Shown here piece by piece: positions 61,701-64,000 of a DNA stretch of 64,000 nucleotides. The notes under the pieces were generated by a model. That model was not told the origin of the DNA. It searched no databases and saw nothing but the letters and a program-made list of their open reading frames with translations. Each line of letters opens with the position of its first letter. Within the stretch, counting starts at the first letter, position 1. The translations under genes were made by a program, and so were the position numbers. The DNA lies in contig OY253669.1 of NCBI GenBank assembly GCA_958009085.1, forward strand, positions 434,001 through 498,000, in the 5' to 3' direction. This stretch comes from Protoeuglena noctilucae (lineage: Eukaryota).

Positions 61701-64000
61701 CCCCTCCCCCTCCTCCCCACCGCACTGCCCGCGTCCGAGTCCGAGTCGTCCAGCGTGCGGGTGCGGAAGGAGGCAGTCGGGAGCATGTACCTGTGGGGAG
61801 GTGGGGAGAGATGGAGGGCGAGGGTAGCATAGCAGCAGGATTGGGCACACGCTGCCAGGGGTGGGAGCGTGCAGTTGAGCAGGGCTGTCGGTGCCTAGTG
61901 CCTACTATTCGCATCTTGCCCGCAACAGCGTCCCAAGCATGCCCCCCTTGCTCGCCTGGGAATGGTCCCATCGCCCCGCGAGTCAATCGATGACATGCGC
62001 GATATCTGAGACACGGACCCCGGTCCGGGGGAGTCGTTGTCATCCGCTGGAGTGGCCTTGAAGGAAGAGGACTTGGTGGGGCGCATGTACCTGGGGGGGG
62101 GGGTGAGGGTGAGGGGGGTGCAAGGCATGGCATTACAGCACGGCATTACAGCACGTGCGAGCATGCAAACAGAGGAGTGGGGTGCCAAAGCCAGAGCAGG
62201 GCGTGGCGGATTGAGGCATACACCCGCTCGCCCTCTCTCGCAATCAATAACAAGAGCGACAGTCGCAACAATCACCCATCCCCATCCCCTCGTCTCTCAC
62301 CCCGGCGTGGGCCCCGAACTGGCCTCCCCCCTCAGGTGCGAGGGGTTGTGCACGCGAGCCTCAGAGATCGCCGTCAGTCCCCCCAGGGTGGGCGCGCTGG
62401 GGCCCGCGGCGGATGCGGCGTCGTAGACCCTCTTGGCCCACACGGCGATGCCCGCAGCGGCCAGGGACACCGTGCGCAGGCTCTGGGGGGGGGGGGTTAC
62501 GGGGTGTGGAATGCGCTGAGGTGCATGAGAAACCGTACGCAGGCTCTGTGTGTGGGGGGGGGGGGGGGGGGGGAGGAGTTAGAGGGAGGGAGAGGTGGGA
62601 TGGTGGGGTGTTGACAGCGCTGAGGTGCATGAGACACCGTGCGCAGGCTCTGAGGTGAGGGGAGAGGGGTTTAAGGGGGGTAGAGATGGGATGGTGGTGC
62701 TTTGAAGGTGGTGTTGACTGCGCTGATGCTCACTAGACACCCAAGTCACCCTATACATGCATGGCACTCCCCCCGCATCGCCATCACCCTCATGCACTCC
62801 TACATACACTCCAACCACCCCAAACTCTCCCTCCCCCGCCCAAACCACCCACCTCCGGCTCCAGCGCCCCCCTCTCCAGCAGCACCCCCACCCTGTGCAG
62901 CGCCTCGGGTGCAATGCTGAGCTTGTCCGCGTCGTTGTGCAGGATACACCGATCGGCCACGTCCTGTAGCCTATTCAAGAACCGATTGACGTCGTGCATC
63001 ATCGATAGAGCCGTCTTCCACCAATCGGGGGCGTGGGTCTTGCCCTTGGGAGTGGCGTTGCGTACGGGAACCATCACGGGGGACTGCCCCAGCAGCAAGC
63101 TCACGGCCTCAAACACCGGGATGACGGCGGGGGAGGGGGTGCGGAGGGCGCGCAGCATGGATATTTCTGGCTTGGAGATGCCCAGCAAGGCGATGTCAAT
63201 CATGCCGGTGTCGTCGGCCTCGGGGGCGGGGGCGGCCGGGGCGGACTCGGCGGCGGGGCGGGCGCGGGCGGGGGTGTCGGAAGCGCGCCTGGGGGGGGAG
63301 GGGGTTGGGGGGTGGATGTGGATGGAGAGGGAGAGGGATGGGGAGGAGGGTGGGGTGGGGTGGGTTTGGAGGGAGGGGGTGTGTGAGTGGATAATAAGGC
63401 GACGGAAGTGGGGGTGTTTGAGGCGCTCCTGGGGGGGGGGGGTTGAGAGGGGTGGGGTGGAGTGGGGGGGTGAGGTGGATGGGTGGCTAACGTGTGGGTC
63501 ACGAGGTGCATGTTGTACAGGGGCAGTTGCGTAGGGATCGACGTCCCGCACCGCACTGCGTTGTGTAAAGGCCGCAGCGAGCACAGGAGGGGTCACCCAA
63601 GCAACCATGCACACGACCACGCCTCGCTCTGTGTATGGCATGCCTAGGCAGGTAGCATGTATGTAGCATGCGTGTCCCTCACTTGAGTTTCTCGATGAGG
63701 GCGGGCTGCGTGGCCTGGTTGAGGCTCCAGATGCCGATGAGGACGGCGTGGAGCTTCTGGATTTCCGGGCCGGCCGTGCGCACCGCTGGAGGGGGGGGGG
63801 GTTGGAGGGCGTATGAGTGAGTGGGCATGTGGTGATGCATACTGCGACAAACGGTGGCTGGCATGACATGGTATAACGTGTGTAATGGAGAAAGACACGA
63901 GAGCCGCAGCGACGGGTGGTGCGGCACCGTTGACGTCGTCACCCCCACGCACGGCTGCACTCCTGCTGCCACCCCACCCCCACCCATACCACCCCCTCAC
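58748..64000 (-). CDS. Large multi-exon protein (5' end outside window) with two dynein stalk-head (MTBD)-like modules and low-complexity linkers
   Basis: Module 1: ISKPEISMLRALRTPSPAVIPVFEAVSLLLG...DWWKTALSMMHDVNRFLNRL...SLRTVSLAAAGIAVWAKRVY. Module 2: VSRNDVVELRGLRSPDKAVRLVMSAVAILLG...DYWAPCVRAMLSVDDFLEQM...PFFDPD...CSRAAVGMTRWV. Confidence 0.65.
59738..62652. repeat. Cluster of intronic copies of adjacent exon/splice-junction segments
   Basis: 59738-59780 vs 59861-59903; 60268-60310 and 60349-60391 vs 60447-60489; 60784-60806 vs 60861-60883; 61170-61193 vs 61089-61112; 62532-62548 and 62633-62652 vs 62466-62485. Confidence 0.9.

Overview
GC-rich, gene-dense, intron-containing eukaryotic nuclear DNA. 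It is most likely from a flagellated green alga: it carries a nucleus-encoded plastid sigma factor, plastid bL31 with a transit peptide, CFAP410 and FOP/TON1. About 26 spliced protein-coding genes, mostly on alternating strands, were reconstructed by hand: Nup155 (3' part), an MKK3-like pseudokinase-NTF2, a pseudo-subtilase, an SLC25 carrier, a telobox Myb, EMC10, MBF1, a PDI-like thioredoxin, sigma70, CFAP410, a kelch protein, mitochondrial EF-G, plastid L31, SERRATE/ARS2, Ap4A phosphorylase, RPS20, FOP/TON1, cactin, BTB-PHR, Yippee, a REC114/PHS1 candidate, gamma-COP, an RmlD/MAT2B-like SDR, and a large protein with two dynein stalk-head-like modules. There is one 200-N gap. No rRNA, tRNA, CRISPR or recognisable transposon was seen. 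The most unusual signals are (1) intronic 'echo' copies of exon/splice-junction segments whose differences from the real exon are mostly synonymous, (2) about a tenth of introns starting with GC, (3) a motor-less tandem dynein-MTBD-like protein, and (4) a head-to-head pair of predicted pseudoenzymes. All exon boundaries and family calls come from manual reading and remembered motifs, not database searches.
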